DNA of 54,925 nt, from contig CAYWGM010000003.1 of the NCBI GenBank assembly GCA_964457875.1, positions 1 to 54,925 on the forward strand, in the 5' to 3' direction. Source of the stretch: an uncultured Eubacteriales bacterium (lineage in GTDB: Bacteria; Bacillota; Clostridia; Acetivibrionales; CAYWGM01). The notes beneath the pieces were generated by a model. It ran no database searches, was not told the origin of the DNA, and saw only the letters and a list, made by a program, of their open reading frames with translations. Both the position numbers and the translations under genes were made by a program. Positions 38,796-47,936 of the stretch are shown here, in pieces (the stretch's first letter is position 1; every line of letters starts with the position of its first letter).

Positions 38796-38824
38796 ATTAT
38801 AGCATCAAAACATATTATTATCAA
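38796..38824 (-). promoter_or_regulatory. candidate sigma-A promoter of the rimP-nusA-infB operon
   Basis: Gene strand reads TTGATA (38824-38819), 17 nt spacer, TGcTATAAT (extended -10, TATAAT at 38801-38796). It overlaps the last codons of ispG. Confidence 0.5.
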
Positions 38825-39890
38825 TATCCTGAGCTAAACTTTTGACCTCTTCAACAAGCCTTCTTACAATGCATTCGGGCTCGACCCTGCCGACTATCGC
38901 GCCTTTTTTGAATAATAACGCGAATCCATCTCCTCCCGCAATACCCGTATCAGCTTCTGAAGCTTCACCCGGTCCGTTAACGGCGCAGCCCATTATTGCA
39001 ACTTTAATTCTTGAAGTGATCCTGATATTTTTCAGCGCATCTTCAACTTGAGATGCTATACCTGCAATATCTATCCGGCACCTTCCGCAGCCCGGACAGC
39101 TTATCAATTCCACACCTGACCTGTCGATATCCAGCGCCCGCAGGATCTCGCACCCTGCTGACACCTCGCCGACCGGATCCCCGGTCAATGAAACGCGTAT
39201 GGTATCGCCGATACCGTCGGCAAGAAGCGTACCTATTCCTATGCAGGATTTTATAGTGCCTCTGTATTTTGTTCCCGCCTCAGTAACACCGAGATGCAGC
39301 GGAAGATCAGTCCTGACCGCAAGCAGCCTGTATGCAGCTATCGTTGTACGCACGCTTGGTGATTTTACCGAAAGCACAATATCTTCAAACCCGAATCCTC
39401 GGAAGACATCGGCTTTTCCCAATACGCTCTCAACCATTGCTTCTGCAGTAGGTCCGCCATATTTTAGATGTAATTGTTTTTCGAGTGATCCCGAATTGAC
39501 CCCGATCCTTATGGGTATGCCCATACTTCCCGCTTCAGCGGCAATATCTCTAAGCTTGTCCGAATCGGCGATATTACCTGGGTTGATCCTTATTTTATCC
39601 GCCCCGGCCCGTATGGATTTTAAAGCCAGTCTGTAATCGAAATGGATGTCAGCCACAACCGGTATACGTACGGATTTTTTAATAGCAGATAAAGCATCAG
39701 CCGCTTCGGCATCAGGGACCGCTATCCTGACCAGATCACACCCGGCGTCTTCAAGCCGTCGGATCTGATCGACCGTCGCCGCGATATCCCTTGTATCTGT
39801 CTTTGTCATCGATTGGACGGTAACAGGCGCATTTCCGCCGATCCTGACCCCACCGACCCTGACTTCTGCAGCAACTCTGCGCTTCATCAT
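38805..39890 (-). CDS. ispG: 4-hydroxy-3-methylbut-2-en-1-yl diphosphate synthase IspG
   Basis: VQSMT...IRINPGN...ISCPGCGRC motifs. 361 aa. Confidence 0.95.
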   Translation of the reverse strand: MMKRRVAAEVRVGGVRIGGNAPVTVQSMTKTDTRDIAATVDQIRRLEDAGCDLVRIAVPDAEAADALSAIKKSVRIPVVADIHFDYRLALKSIRAGADKIRINPGNIADSDKLRDIAAEAGSMGIPIRIGVNSGSLEKQLHLKYGGPTAEAMVESVLGKADVFRGFGFEDIVLSVKSPSVRTTIAAYRLLAVRTDLPLHLGVTEAGTKYRGTIKSCIGIGTLLADGIGDTIRVSLTGDPVGEVSAGCEILRALDIDRSGVELISCPGCGRCRIDIAGIASQVEDALKNIRITSRIKVAIMGCAVNGPGEASEADTGIAGGDGFALLFKKGAIVGRVEPECIVRRLVEEVKSLAQDIDNNMF

Positions 39891-39894
39891 ATTT

Positions 39895-41187
39895 TCAGCC
39901 GCCGACCACCCTTACAATATCATTGTATAATGTAAAAACAGCAAGCGCTATCAACAGTACGAATCCGACCATGGTGATAAAAGCCTCACGCTCCGGAGTA
40001 ATGGGTTTCTTCCTCACGGCTTCTACGAGGGCAATGACTATCTTGCTTCCGTCCAACGCAGGGAAGGGTATGAGGTTAGTCGCGCCCAAAGCCGTACTTA
40101 TAAATGCGGTGATACTCATCAGGTTGAGTATTACCATTCCAAATGTGGGACTCTGCTGAACAACGCTGCTCATGGTGCTGACAATGCCAACAGGACCCAT
40201 CATCTGACTGACCGAGACCTTGCCCGTGATTAGCCATACCAGCGTATACGCCACGCTTCTGACAGTCGACCAGGTAAATCCGACGGAATATCGGAAGATA
40301 TCGAAAAGATTGCCTCGCTCATGCGCAAAATCAAAACCGGCATAGTACTGCTCAGAAGTCTTCTCCAATTTAGGGGTGACAGTAAAGCCAAAAGTCTCAC
40401 CATTTCTTGAAACGACTACATTAACTGGTTTATCGCCATTCGTAGCCATAAAATCATCGATATTCTTTTTGCTAGATATTTCGGTCTCATTAAGCCTGAT
40501 AATCCTGTCATCGCCCAGAAGCCCCGCAGTCTCCGCCGGAGTGCCATGAAACACTTCCCCGATGACATTCGATTGGCTCCCCTCGGGTTCTTTTACAGCA
40601 AAACCGAACAGATATCTTGTCTGCTCGGGGATATGTCTCGGGTCGATCGACAAACTCATGATCTCGCCATCCCTGTACACTTCAATACCTGCGTGCCTCC
40701 CTTTACCGACATACATGAACTGAATGAGGTCCATGGGCTGGTATATCTTCTTGCCGTCATATTTTGTTACGACATCGCCTGATTTTAATCCCGCTTCGAA
40801 TGCGGGCGATTCGGAGGCAACAATGTTTATCCTTGTCGTATTGTACCCTGATATGGAAAAGACCACCAAAAGAACTAACAACGCAAATAAAAGATTTGCC
40901 ATAGGTCCTGCGAGCGCGACAACGGCTCTGACCCAGGGAGGCTTCCTGTTGTACGACATTTCGCTCACAGCCGCTTCATCCTCGCCCTCCATCTTGACAT
41001 ATGCAAGGATCGGGAAAAGCCGGAGCGAATAAACAGTGCCGCCCCGCTCAAAACCGAATAATTTCGGGCCGACAAACATTGAAAACTCGTTCACTTTGAT
41101 ATGCGAGAGCTTTGCGGCAATAAAATGACCGAGTTCATGTACTATGATTATCACATTAAAAGCCAAAAACGCAAGGATAATATTCAT
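39895..41187 (-). CDS. rseP: RIP metalloprotease RseP/RasP (M50 site-2 protease with PDZ)
   Basis: HELGHF zinc motif in TM1 and a PDZ-like middle region. ATGA overlap with dxr. Confidence 0.9.
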   Translation of the reverse strand: MNIILAFLAFNVIIIVHELGHFIAAKLSHIKVNEFSMFVGPKLFGFERGGTVYSLRLFPILAYVKMEGEDEAAVSEMSYNRKPPWVRAVVALAGPMANLLFALLVLLVVFSISGYNTTRINIVASESPAFEAGLKSGDVVTKYDGKKIYQPMDLIQFMYVGKGRHAGIEVYRDGEIMSLSIDPRHIPEQTRYLFGFAVKEPEGSQSNVIGEVFHGTPAETAGLLGDDRIIRLNETEISSKKNIDDFMATNGDKPVNVVVSRNGETFGFTVTPKLEKTSEQYYAGFDFAHERGNLFDIFRYSVGFTWSTVRSVAYTLVWLITGKVSVSQMMGPVGIVSTMSSVVQQSPTFGMVILNLMSITAFISTALGATNLIPFPALDGSKIVIALVEAVRKKPITPEREAFITMVGFVLLIALAVFTLYNDIVRVVGG

Positions 41188-42377
41188 CTTAACCTCCGAG
41201 GGGCATTAATCCGTTCAATTACCATGACAGCCTCTTGGCGCGAACGTTCATCGGCTGCAACTATTTCATTTATTCCAGTTATTCCGGTTATTCCGGGATT
41301 ATTATCTGCAGAATGCAAATCCATTACTCTTTTAATAACCTCAGGTATATCGTGGAAGTTCAATCGGCCTTCAAGAAAGAACCTGACTGCTATCTCATTC
41401 GCCGCATTCATGACGGCAGGCATTATACCGCCAGCCTCAAGCGCATCATAGGCAATCCTGATACACGGAAAAGCCTTGTGGTCAGGTTGGTGAAAAGTCA
41501 GACCGCCGCATCCCGTCAGGTCAAGTGTGCAGGAAACAGGCCCCCTGCAGCGTTCCGGCCATGTCAGGGCATATTGTATCGGAAGCCGCATATCCGGAAC
41601 TGCCATTTGGGCAATGACCGAACCATCCACATATTCAACCATCGAATGTATGATGGATTGGGGGTGGATCAGTACTCTGATATCTTTGCACGGGATGTCG
41701 AACAACCACCTGCTTTCTATTACCTCCAGACCTTTGTTCATTAGTGTGGCTGAGTCGACTGTGATTTTTCTGCCCATTTTCCAAACAGGGTGTTTTAAAA
41801 CCTGCTCCTTTGTGATATTGCGGAGCGATTCACTGCCAAAACCCCTGAATGGCCCTCCGGAAGCAGTCAATATTATTCCTGCCACATCTCTTTTTCTATT
41901 GCCGCACAGGCATTGGAAAATGGCGGATTGTTCGCTGTCGACCGGAATAAGCTTGCTTTTGCCGCGTTTTATCTCTGCGGCAAGCAATGGTCCGGCAGCT
42001 ACTATAGCTTCCTTATTTGCCATTGCTATCCTTTTGCCCGATGCCGCAGCCCTCAGTAACGGTTCGAGCGCCGCCAGTCCGACCACCGCCATCACTACGG
42101 TGTCCGCGCTCTTTGATGAAGCAATCTGCCCCAATCCATCCGCCCCACAGAGGATTTCTGTTTTGGGCATTTCGGGCAGCTTTCCGAGTTCCTGTGCCAG
42201 CGAGCCGTTCCCGACACAAACTGCTTCGGGCCTGAACTCTCTGATCTGAGCGGCGAGTGTGCCGATATTTTCGTTGGCTGTCAATCCAGCCACCCTGATG
42301 CCAAGTTCCTTTGCCACTCCAAGAGTCTGGATCCCTATTGAACCTGTCGATCCGAGCACTGCAATACTTTTTACCAT
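41184..42377 (-). CDS. dxr: 1-deoxy-D-xylulose-5-phosphate reductoisomerase Dxr
   Basis: VLGSTGSIG NADPH-binding N-terminus. 397 aa. Confidence 0.96.
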   Translation of the reverse strand: MVKSIAVLGSTGSIGIQTLGVAKELGIRVAGLTANENIGTLAAQIREFRPEAVCVGNGSLAQELGKLPEMPKTEILCGADGLGQIASSKSADTVVMAVVGLAALEPLLRAAASGKRIAMANKEAIVAAGPLLAAEIKRGKSKLIPVDSEQSAIFQCLCGNRKRDVAGIILTASGGPFRGFGSESLRNITKEQVLKHPVWKMGRKITVDSATLMNKGLEVIESRWLFDIPCKDIRVLIHPQSIIHSMVEYVDGSVIAQMAVPDMRLPIQYALTWPERCRGPVSCTLDLTGCGGLTFHQPDHKAFPCIRIAYDALEAGGIMPAVMNAANEIAVRFFLEGRLNFHDIPEVIKRVMDLHSADNNPGITGITGINEIVAADERSRQEAVMVIERINAPRRLR

Positions 42378-43189
42378 AATGTCAATACACCTAAATATAA
42401 ATATATAATCGGAGCAGTAAAAATAATACTGTCGAAACGATCCATTATCCCGCCATGCCCGGGCAGGATGCCGCCATAATCCTTCACGCCGGCATATCTT
42501 TTCACCGCTGATGCGGCAAGGTCGCCCAACTGGGAAATGATTCCCGTCATTATCCCAATAACCAAAAAGTGTATCTGCGGTGAAATGACCAAATAGCCAT
42601 ACACTGTTACTAATACCGCCGATGCCGCAAAACCGGCGATTGAACCTTCCACTGTCTTCTTGGGGCTAACTTCCGGGATCAGTTTGCGCTTCCCGAACTT
42701 CCTGCCGGTAAAATACGCAAATGTATCGGCAGACCATGCTCCGATGAAAACCAGCCAGATGGAATAGATGCCTCCGGGCATATTGCGGATGAGAACCAAA
42801 AAAGACAACGTGAACGGTATGAACAAAATGCTGCCCAGCGTCAATGCCGCATCTATGAATTTGAACCTGCTCCTGTTGAAAGTCACAAGCAATAAAAGAA
42901 CAAATATCTGTATGAATAAGATAAACAGCAGGCAAAGGAAAACTCCTGCGTTCACGCCGAATAACGGATCAAAGCCAAAAAAACCCGCAAGCGCGACAGG
43001 TATGCAATTCACCAGACTCACCGGTAATGAAGGCGAATAACCGGCTTTTTTTAATGATACGTTGAATTCGATAAGCGCAGCTGCCGATAACAGCGCAACT
43101 GCTATTGAAAATACTGCTCCGCCTGCATAAGTCACAGCAAACAGCGCTGCAAGCCCGATTACCGCAGTTAAAATCCTCGTCCCGAGCAA
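42371..43189 (-). CDS. cdsA: phosphatidate cytidylyltransferase CdsA
   Basis: Polytopic protein with the C-terminal CDS signature (KRYAGVKDYGGILPGHGGIMDRFDS). TTG start after GGAGGTG. Confidence 0.9.
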   Translation of the reverse strand: MLGTRILTAVIGLAALFAVTYAGGAVFSIAVALLSAAALIEFNVSLKKAGYSPSLPVSLVNCIPVALAGFFGFDPLFGVNAGVFLCLLFILFIQIFVLLLLVTFNRSRFKFIDAALTLGSILFIPFTLSFLVLIRNMPGGIYSIWLVFIGAWSADTFAYFTGRKFGKRKLIPEVSPKKTVEGSIAGFAASAVLVTVYGYLVISPQIHFLVIGIMTGIISQLGDLAASAVKRYAGVKDYGGILPGHGGIMDRFDSIIFTAPIIYLYLGVLTLW

Positions 43190-43915
43190 TCAAACACCTC
43201 CAAAACGCCTTTTCCTGGCGGCAAATTCGGTAAGTGAATCAATAAGGTCTTCCTTCCTAAAGTCAGGCCACAGGGTGTCGGTGAATACCAGTTCAGTATA
43301 TGCCATTTGCCACAGCAGGAAATTGCTGATACGTTTTTCGGCTCCTGTCCTTATCAAAAGGTCAGGTTCGGGTATGCCGGCAGTATACAGGTATTTGCCG
43401 AACAGCTCTTCATTGAGCGCATCCGGCGCGACAGCGCCCGATTTAACATCGTATGCTGCACGCTTTACGGCACTAATTATCTCATCCCGCGCACCGTAAT
43501 TAATTGCAAAAATGAGAGTCAAACCATTATTGGCGCTGGTATATTGTTCCGCATGCACTATCTGTTGCTGCAAATATTCAGATAAACCGGATCTGTTGCC
43601 GATGATCCTGATCCTCACATCACTGCCTTTAATTTCCTTTTCGATATTTGCCAGAAATTTGCTTAACATCTCCATAAGAAAATCGATTTCATTTGCAGGC
43701 CTTTTCCAATTCTCGGTCGAAAACGTATAAATCGTAAGATACCTGATACCTATTGAGGAACAGTTCTTTACAAGTTCCCTGATCCTGTCCCCGCCTTTGC
43801 TATGGCCCATACTTCTGGGTAATTTGCGTCCCGATGCCCATCGCCCGTTACCGTCGGGTATTATTGCGACATGCACAGGTAATGCAGTCGATTTGTCTTT
43901 GATCAGCCGCCTCAT
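43190..43915 (-). CDS. uppS: isoprenyl transferase (undecaprenyl diphosphate synthase) UppS
   Basis: HVAIIPDGNGRWA motif. The ATG at 43915 is preceded by GGAGGA and shares its A with the stop of the upstream 78 aa ORF (TGATG). The ORF track is 9 codons longer. Confidence 0.93.
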   Translation of the reverse strand: MRRLIKDKSTALPVHVAIIPDGNGRWASGRKLPRSMGHSKGGDRIRELVKNCSSIGIRYLTIYTFSTENWKRPANEIDFLMEMLSKFLANIEKEIKGSDVRIRIIGNRSGLSEYLQQQIVHAEQYTSANNGLTLIFAINYGARDEIISAVKRAAYDVKSGAVAPDALNEELFGKYLYTAGIPEPDLLIRTGAEKRISNFLLWQMAYTELVFTDTLWPDFRKEDLIDSLTEFAARKRRFGGV

Positions 43916-44151
43916 CAATCCTCCGGAACAGCACGGATACAAGCATCAGGCTGCGGTACGGCAACAATAAGTTTGAGCCTGCCATCCTGAAGCCTGTCGA
44001 CCCTCAGCACCCTGCAATCATCATGTATATCAGCTTTTAAAGCCCGTGGCGGAGAAGTCATTTCAACTTCATAAGCAAAATAACCGAGAGCTTTTAATTC
44101 TTCTCCGGCGTCTTTCAGCTTAAAACCGATTATCCTGTCAATAATAATCAA
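43915..44151 (-). CDS. hypothetical 78 aa protein between frr and uppS
   Basis: The open frame fills the whole frr-uppS gap. The pattern GFKLKDAGEELKALGY...RVLRVDRLQDGRLKLIVA loosely resembles a PASTA-like alpha/beta unit. The TTG start overlaps the frr stop (TTGA), but the SD spacing is only 1 nt. Confidence 0.45.
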   Translation of the reverse strand: MIIIDRIIGFKLKDAGEELKALGYFAYEVEMTSPPRALKADIHDDCRVLRVDRLQDGRLKLIVAVPQPDACIRAVPED

Positions 44152-44705
44152 ACCTCCAGGATTTCCTTGTCTTTTGTCTCAATTATCCTGTCAATATCTG
44201 ATATATATTTGTCAGTGAGACTCTGTACGTCTTTTTCCATATCTTTCAGATCATCTTCGGTAATTTCGGATTTCTTTTTTAAATTTTTAAATTCTTCGAT
44301 AGCATCGCGACGTATGGTTCTGATAGCAACTTTGGCTTCTTCGCCATGTTTTTTCACGATCCTGGTCAGCTCAAGCCTGCGTTCTTCGGTCAACGAGGGG
44401 AATACCAGCCTGATGACCTTCCCGTCATTTATCGGATTGATACCGATATCCGATTTTTGTATTGCCTTTTCAATTTCCTTGAGCATTTTAGCATCCCAGG
44501 GCTGTATAACTATTGTCCTGGCCTCGGGCACCATAACGTTGGAAATCTGGTTGACAGGAGTCGGGACACTGTAGTAATCAACAATAATTTTGTCAAGAAG
44601 CGCGGGATTCGCCCGTCCCGCTCTGAGGCCTGAGAGATCCTCTTTCAGCGTCGCAAGCGTTTTCTTCATTTTTTCTTCGATCGCCTTGTACTCTTCTTTT
44701 TGCAT
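44148..44705 (-). CDS. frr: ribosome recycling factor Frr
   Basis: 185 aa. LSGLRAGRANPALLD and typical RRF motifs. Confidence 0.97.
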   Translation of the reverse strand: MQKEEYKAIEEKMKKTLATLKEDLSGLRAGRANPALLDKIIVDYYSVPTPVNQISNVMVPEARTIVIQPWDAKMLKEIEKAIQKSDIGINPINDGKVIRLVFPSLTEERRLELTRIVKKHGEEAKVAIRTIRRDAIEEFKNLKKKSEITEDDLKDMEKDVQSLTDKYISDIDRIIETKDKEILEV

Positions 44706-44741
44706 ACTTATCCCTCCTACAACAGAAATAATAAAATATAT

Positions 44742-45461
44742 TCAGCTTATCGAAGTACCAAGATCTTCGCCGTAAATCGCCCTGACCATGTTATCGGGAT
44801 CATCGAGCGCAAATACGATAATAGGAATGTTATTATCCATGCATAGTGATATGGCTGTAGAATCCATAATGCCCAGTCTCTTGTTGAGCACATCGATATA
44901 TGAAAGCCTATCGAATTTTTTGGCTGAAGGGTTGATTTTCGGGTCGCTGTCGTAGGCTCCGTCAACTTTTTTAGCCATCAGGATGACCTCCGCGTCAATC
45001 TCGGCAGCCCTTAACGCGGCAGCTGTATCGGTAGAAAAGAACGGGTTTCCGGTACCGCACGCAAAAATTACTATCCTCTGTTTTTCAAGGTGTCGCATAG
45101 CCCTTCGTTTAATATATAATTCGGCGATCTGCCTCATCTCAATCGCAGTCTGCACCCGTGTCGGGACATTCCTTGATTCCAGCGCGTCCTGAAGCGCAAG
45201 CGAATTAATGACAGTCGCAAGCATCCCCATATGGTCCGAAGTGGATCTGTCCATACCCTTGCCGCTTCTGCCCCGCCAGAAATTGCCCCCGCCGACAACC
45301 ACAGCAATTTCCACGCCTAATCTGTACACCTGGCAGATACTATCGGAAATCGTACTCAACGTGTCTGCATCGATGCCGAATTTTTTTTCGCCTGCAAGCG
45401 CCTCGCCGCTGATCTTCAATACTATCCTTTTGAACTTGGGCTTTCTACCCTCCGAAGGCAT
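44742..45461 (-). CDS. pyrH: UMP kinase PyrH
   Basis: [12 protein letters not shown] and [10 protein letters not shown] motifs. Confidence 0.97.
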   Translation of the reverse strand: MPSEGRKPKFKRIVLKISGEALAGEKKFGIDADTLSTISDSICQVYRLGVEIAVVVGGGNFWRGRSGKGMDRSTSDHMGMLATVINSLALQDALESRNVPTRVQTAIEMRQIAELYIKRRAMRHLEKQRIVIFACGTGNPFFSTDTAAALRAAEIDAEVILMAKKVDGAYDSDPKINPSAKKFDRLSYIDVLNKRLGIMDSTAISLCMDNNIPIIVFALDDPDNMVRAIYGEDLGTSIS

Positions 45462-45481
45462 ATATTACCCCTCCCTGATAT

Positions 45482-45516
45482 AAAACAGGGGAACACTTTT
45501 TATGTTCCCCTGTTTT
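45482..45516 (-). terminator. intrinsic terminator/attenuator hairpin between tsf and pyrH
   Basis: 14 bp perfect stem, AAAACAGGGGAACA / TGTTCCCCTGTTTT, with a 7 nt loop. It begins 2 nt after the tsf stop and ends in TTTT followed by ATAT on the gene strand. Confidence 0.7.
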
Positions 45517-45517
45517 A

Positions 45518-46171
45518 TCAATTGCCCAACTGTTTTGCAACTTCCTCGGCGAAGTTGTCTTCGCGCTTTTTGAGGCCTTCGCCTCTTTCATACCTTACAA
45601 ATCTTCTTATGTTGATATTTTCGCCGATAGTGGAGATATTCTCCGTCAACAACTGATTTATCGTCTTATCAGGATCCTTTATCCATGGCTGTTCAAGCAG
45701 GCAATTATCTTTGAAAAACTTTTCCAGCCTGCCTTCGACTATCTTTTCAGCGATCTTCTCCGGTTTGCCTTCGTTAATGGCCTGTACCCGCAGAATTTCC
45801 TTCTCCTTGTCCAGCACCGCGGCCGGAACATCTTCCCGCCTGATATATTCAGGTTTTGCTGCGGCTATCTGCATTGCTATATCTTTTACAAAAGCTCTGA
45901 ACCCGCTGTTTTTGGCAGCAAAATCGGTTTCGATATTGACCTCGACCAGAACGCCGATCCTTCCGTCCCCATGAAGATAAGAATCAATGATGCCTTCAGC
46001 AGCTATCCTGCCGGCCTTTTTGGCTGCCGAAGCCAATCCTTTTTCTCTCAGATATTCTACGGCTTTTTCCATATCGCCGTCTTTTTCGGTAAGCGCTTTT
46101 TTGCAATCCATCATTCCTGCGCCTGTTCTCTCGCGAAGCTGTTTAATCAACTCACTGGATATATTCATCAA
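45518..46171 (-). CDS. tsf: translation elongation factor Ts (short form)
   Basis: [19 protein letters not shown]-like N-terminus. 217 aa. ATGA overlap with rpsB. Confidence 0.96.
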   Translation of the reverse strand: MMNISSELIKQLRERTGAGMMDCKKALTEKDGDMEKAVEYLREKGLASAAKKAGRIAAEGIIDSYLHGDGRIGVLVEVNIETDFAAKNSGFRAFVKDIAMQIAAAKPEYIRREDVPAAVLDKEKEILRVQAINEGKPEKIAEKIVEGRLEKFFKDNCLLEQPWIKDPDKTINQLLTENISTIGENINIRRFVRYERGEGLKKREDNFAEEVAKQLGN

Positions 46172-47043
46172 GCACCCTCCACCACTTTTTCCTCAGATTC
46201 TTCGTCCGGTACGATCTGCTTTTGTTCAGTTATATCAAAAGACTCTACCATATCCATATCCTCAATATCTTCAGATTCCGTCCCGCTTTGACCCTCCGCC
46301 GCATCTCCCGCGGTTTCCGCTGCTGCCGCTGCTACCGCGGCTGCCGCATCCGTCATCTGCTCGCCCTGCCTTGCCTCAATGACAGCATCTGCAATCTTTG
46401 ACGCAATCAGCTTGACTGCCCTTATCGCATCATCATTTCCGGGTATCACATAATCCACTTCATCCGGATCGCAATTGGTATCTACTATTGCGACGACAGG
46501 GATGTGCAATTTCCTTGCTTCCAGAACAGCAATATGTTCTTTGCGGGGATCCACGACAAAAATCGCCCCTGGAGGCTTGGGCATATTCTTTATTCCTCCG
46601 AGATATTTCTCCAGTCTTTCTTTTTCAGCTTTGAGCTTGATAACCTCTTTTTTGGGAAGGACATCGAAAACATTGTTCTGCTCCATATCATTAAGCTGAT
46701 TCAACCTGTCTATGCGCTTGCGGATGGTCTTAAAATTGGTCAGCATCCCTCCGAGCCATCTGGTGTTCACAAAAAATTGCTCACACCTTTCAGCCTCTTC
46801 TTTTATCGAATCCTGCGCCTGTTTTTTTGTGCCGATGAAGAGTATGTCCTGACCGTTCATCACGGTTTCCCTCACAAACAGATACGCTTCCTCGATTTTC
46901 TTGACTGTTTTTTGCAAGTCGACAATATATATCCCGTTTCTTTCAGTAAAGATATATTCTGCCATTTTTGGGTTCCATCTTCTTGTCTGATGACCGAAAT
47001 GAACCCCTGCTTCAAGTAATTGTTTCATGGAAATTACCGACAT
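46168..47043 (-). CDS. rpsB: 30S ribosomal protein S2 (with a ~60 aa Ala/acidic C-terminal extension)
   Basis: [15 protein letters not shown] signature. 291 aa. Confidence 0.97.
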   Translation of the reverse strand: MSVISMKQLLEAGVHFGHQTRRWNPKMAEYIFTERNGIYIVDLQKTVKKIEEAYLFVRETVMNGQDILFIGTKKQAQDSIKEEAERCEQFFVNTRWLGGMLTNFKTIRKRIDRLNQLNDMEQNNVFDVLPKKEVIKLKAEKERLEKYLGGIKNMPKPPGAIFVVDPRKEHIAVLEARKLHIPVVAIVDTNCDPDEVDYVIPGNDDAIRAVKLIASKIADAVIEARQGEQMTDAAAAVAAAAAETAGDAAEGQSGTESEDIEDMDMVESFDITEQKQIVPDEESEEKVVEGA

Positions 47044-47156
47044 GATCCGCCTCCTTTAGTTTTAATTCCGCCACGGTCTTCATCCATGCAGACCACCCGC
47101 TTCCTTAAGGATGCATGGGAACCTGTCTGCAGTCTTCCCGTGTGAGTAATTTACCG
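47044..47156 (-). promoter_or_regulatory. structured 5' leader of rpsB (candidate r-protein autoregulatory element)
   Basis: About 110 nt lie between the predicted -10 and the rpsB ATG. Competing stems are visible on the gene strand: CACGG/CCGTG, GGGAA/TTCCC, GCAGAC/GTCTGC, CCATGCA/TGCATGG and GGTCT/AGACC. Confidence 0.35.
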
Positions 47157-47162
47157 CATAGT

Positions 47163-47191
47163 AGTATAGCATACGTATCGTGATTTGACAA
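47163..47191 (-). promoter_or_regulatory. candidate sigma-A promoter of rpsB-tsf
   Basis: Gene strand reads TTGTCA (47191-47186), 17 nt spacer, TATACT (47168-47163). It starts 3 nt after the sigK stop. Confidence 0.5.
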
Positions 47192-47193
47192 TC

Positions 47194-47865
47194 TTAAAAT
47201 TCCCGCATCAGCTTTTTGATTGCCTTTTTTTCAATTCTGGAGACATAAGACCTGGAAATACCGAGAAGCTTGCCGATTTCCCGCTGAGTAAGGTTCACGC
47301 CGTCGCATAATCCATATCTCATTTCCAATACAGTCTTTTCACGCTTTCTTAAAACATTTCTCATATTATTGTAAAGCTGTTTGACCTGCATCCTTAAATC
47401 GACTTCATCGATTACTGAATCCCCATCGTTATACATTATATCAAGCAATACGATGTCGTTGCCTTCCAGATCGGTTCCTATCGGCTCATGAAGCGACACC
47501 TCGCTTTTTATCTTTTTCGCTGCTCTCAGGTGCATCAGAATCTCGTTATCTATGCAACGTGCCGCATAGGTCGCAAGGCGCGTACCCTTCTGATTATCAA
47601 ACGTCGATATTGCTTTTATCAGCCCGATAGTGCCGATAGAAATCAGATCATCGCTTTCTTCCGTACTTGAAGAATACTTTTTCACTATATGCGCGACAAG
47701 CCTCAAATTCCTTTCGATAAGCACATTGCGCGCATCATCATCGCCGTGTCTGAACATCTCAAGGTATTTCACCTCTTGTTCACTGTTGAGCGGCTGGGGA
47801 AAAGAACTCGGGTTGGCAATGTACCCCGAGAAATTGCTCTGAGCGAATTTGAAAAATGAAAACAA
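47194..47865 (-). CDS. sigK: RNA polymerase sporulation sigma factor SigK (pro-sigma-K), uninterrupted
   Basis: [44 protein letters not shown] and LATYAARCIDNEILMHLR closely parallel B. subtilis SigK. TTG start with GGAGG 10 nt upstream. Confidence 0.92.
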   Translation of the reverse strand: MFSFFKFAQSNFSGYIANPSSFPQPLNSEQEVKYLEMFRHGDDDARNVLIERNLRLVAHIVKKYSSSTEESDDLISIGTIGLIKAISTFDNQKGTRLATYAARCIDNEILMHLRAAKKIKSEVSLHEPIGTDLEGNDIVLLDIMYNDGDSVIDEVDLRMQVKQLYNNMRNVLRKREKTVLEMRYGLCDGVNLTQREIGKLLGISRSYVSRIEKKAIKKLMREF

Positions 47866-47900
47866 GAAAAGAAGGCCTCCGAAAAATGGTCACCTTAAAA

Positions 47901-47907
47901 GTATATG
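47901..47907 (-). promoter_or_regulatory. possible mother-cell (sigma-E/sigma-K type) -10 element upstream of sigK
   Basis: Gene strand has CATATAC about 35 nt upstream of the sigK start, resembling the CATA-type -10. I found no convincing -35. Confidence 0.2.
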
Positions 47908-47936
47908 TACTGTTGATTATCTGCGTGCATGTACTT

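Noticed and set aside
38693-38824. N-terminal 44 codons of the 207 aa ORF-track version of rimP
   Set aside because: This stretch contains a near-consensus promoter, a 10 bp hairpin and the ispG stop region. A good SD plus ATG at 38692 gives a normal-length RimP.
42013-42235. Overlapping 68 aa (minus) and 72 aa (plus) ORFs inside dxr
   Set aside because: Both are alternative frames of a GC-richer part of dxr. The products are Arg/Gly/Pro-rich nonsense with no start context.
47194-47865. Possible skin-like prophage interruption of sigK
   Set aside because: The sigK frame is continuous across regions 2-4, so there is no split gene and no recombinase nearby.
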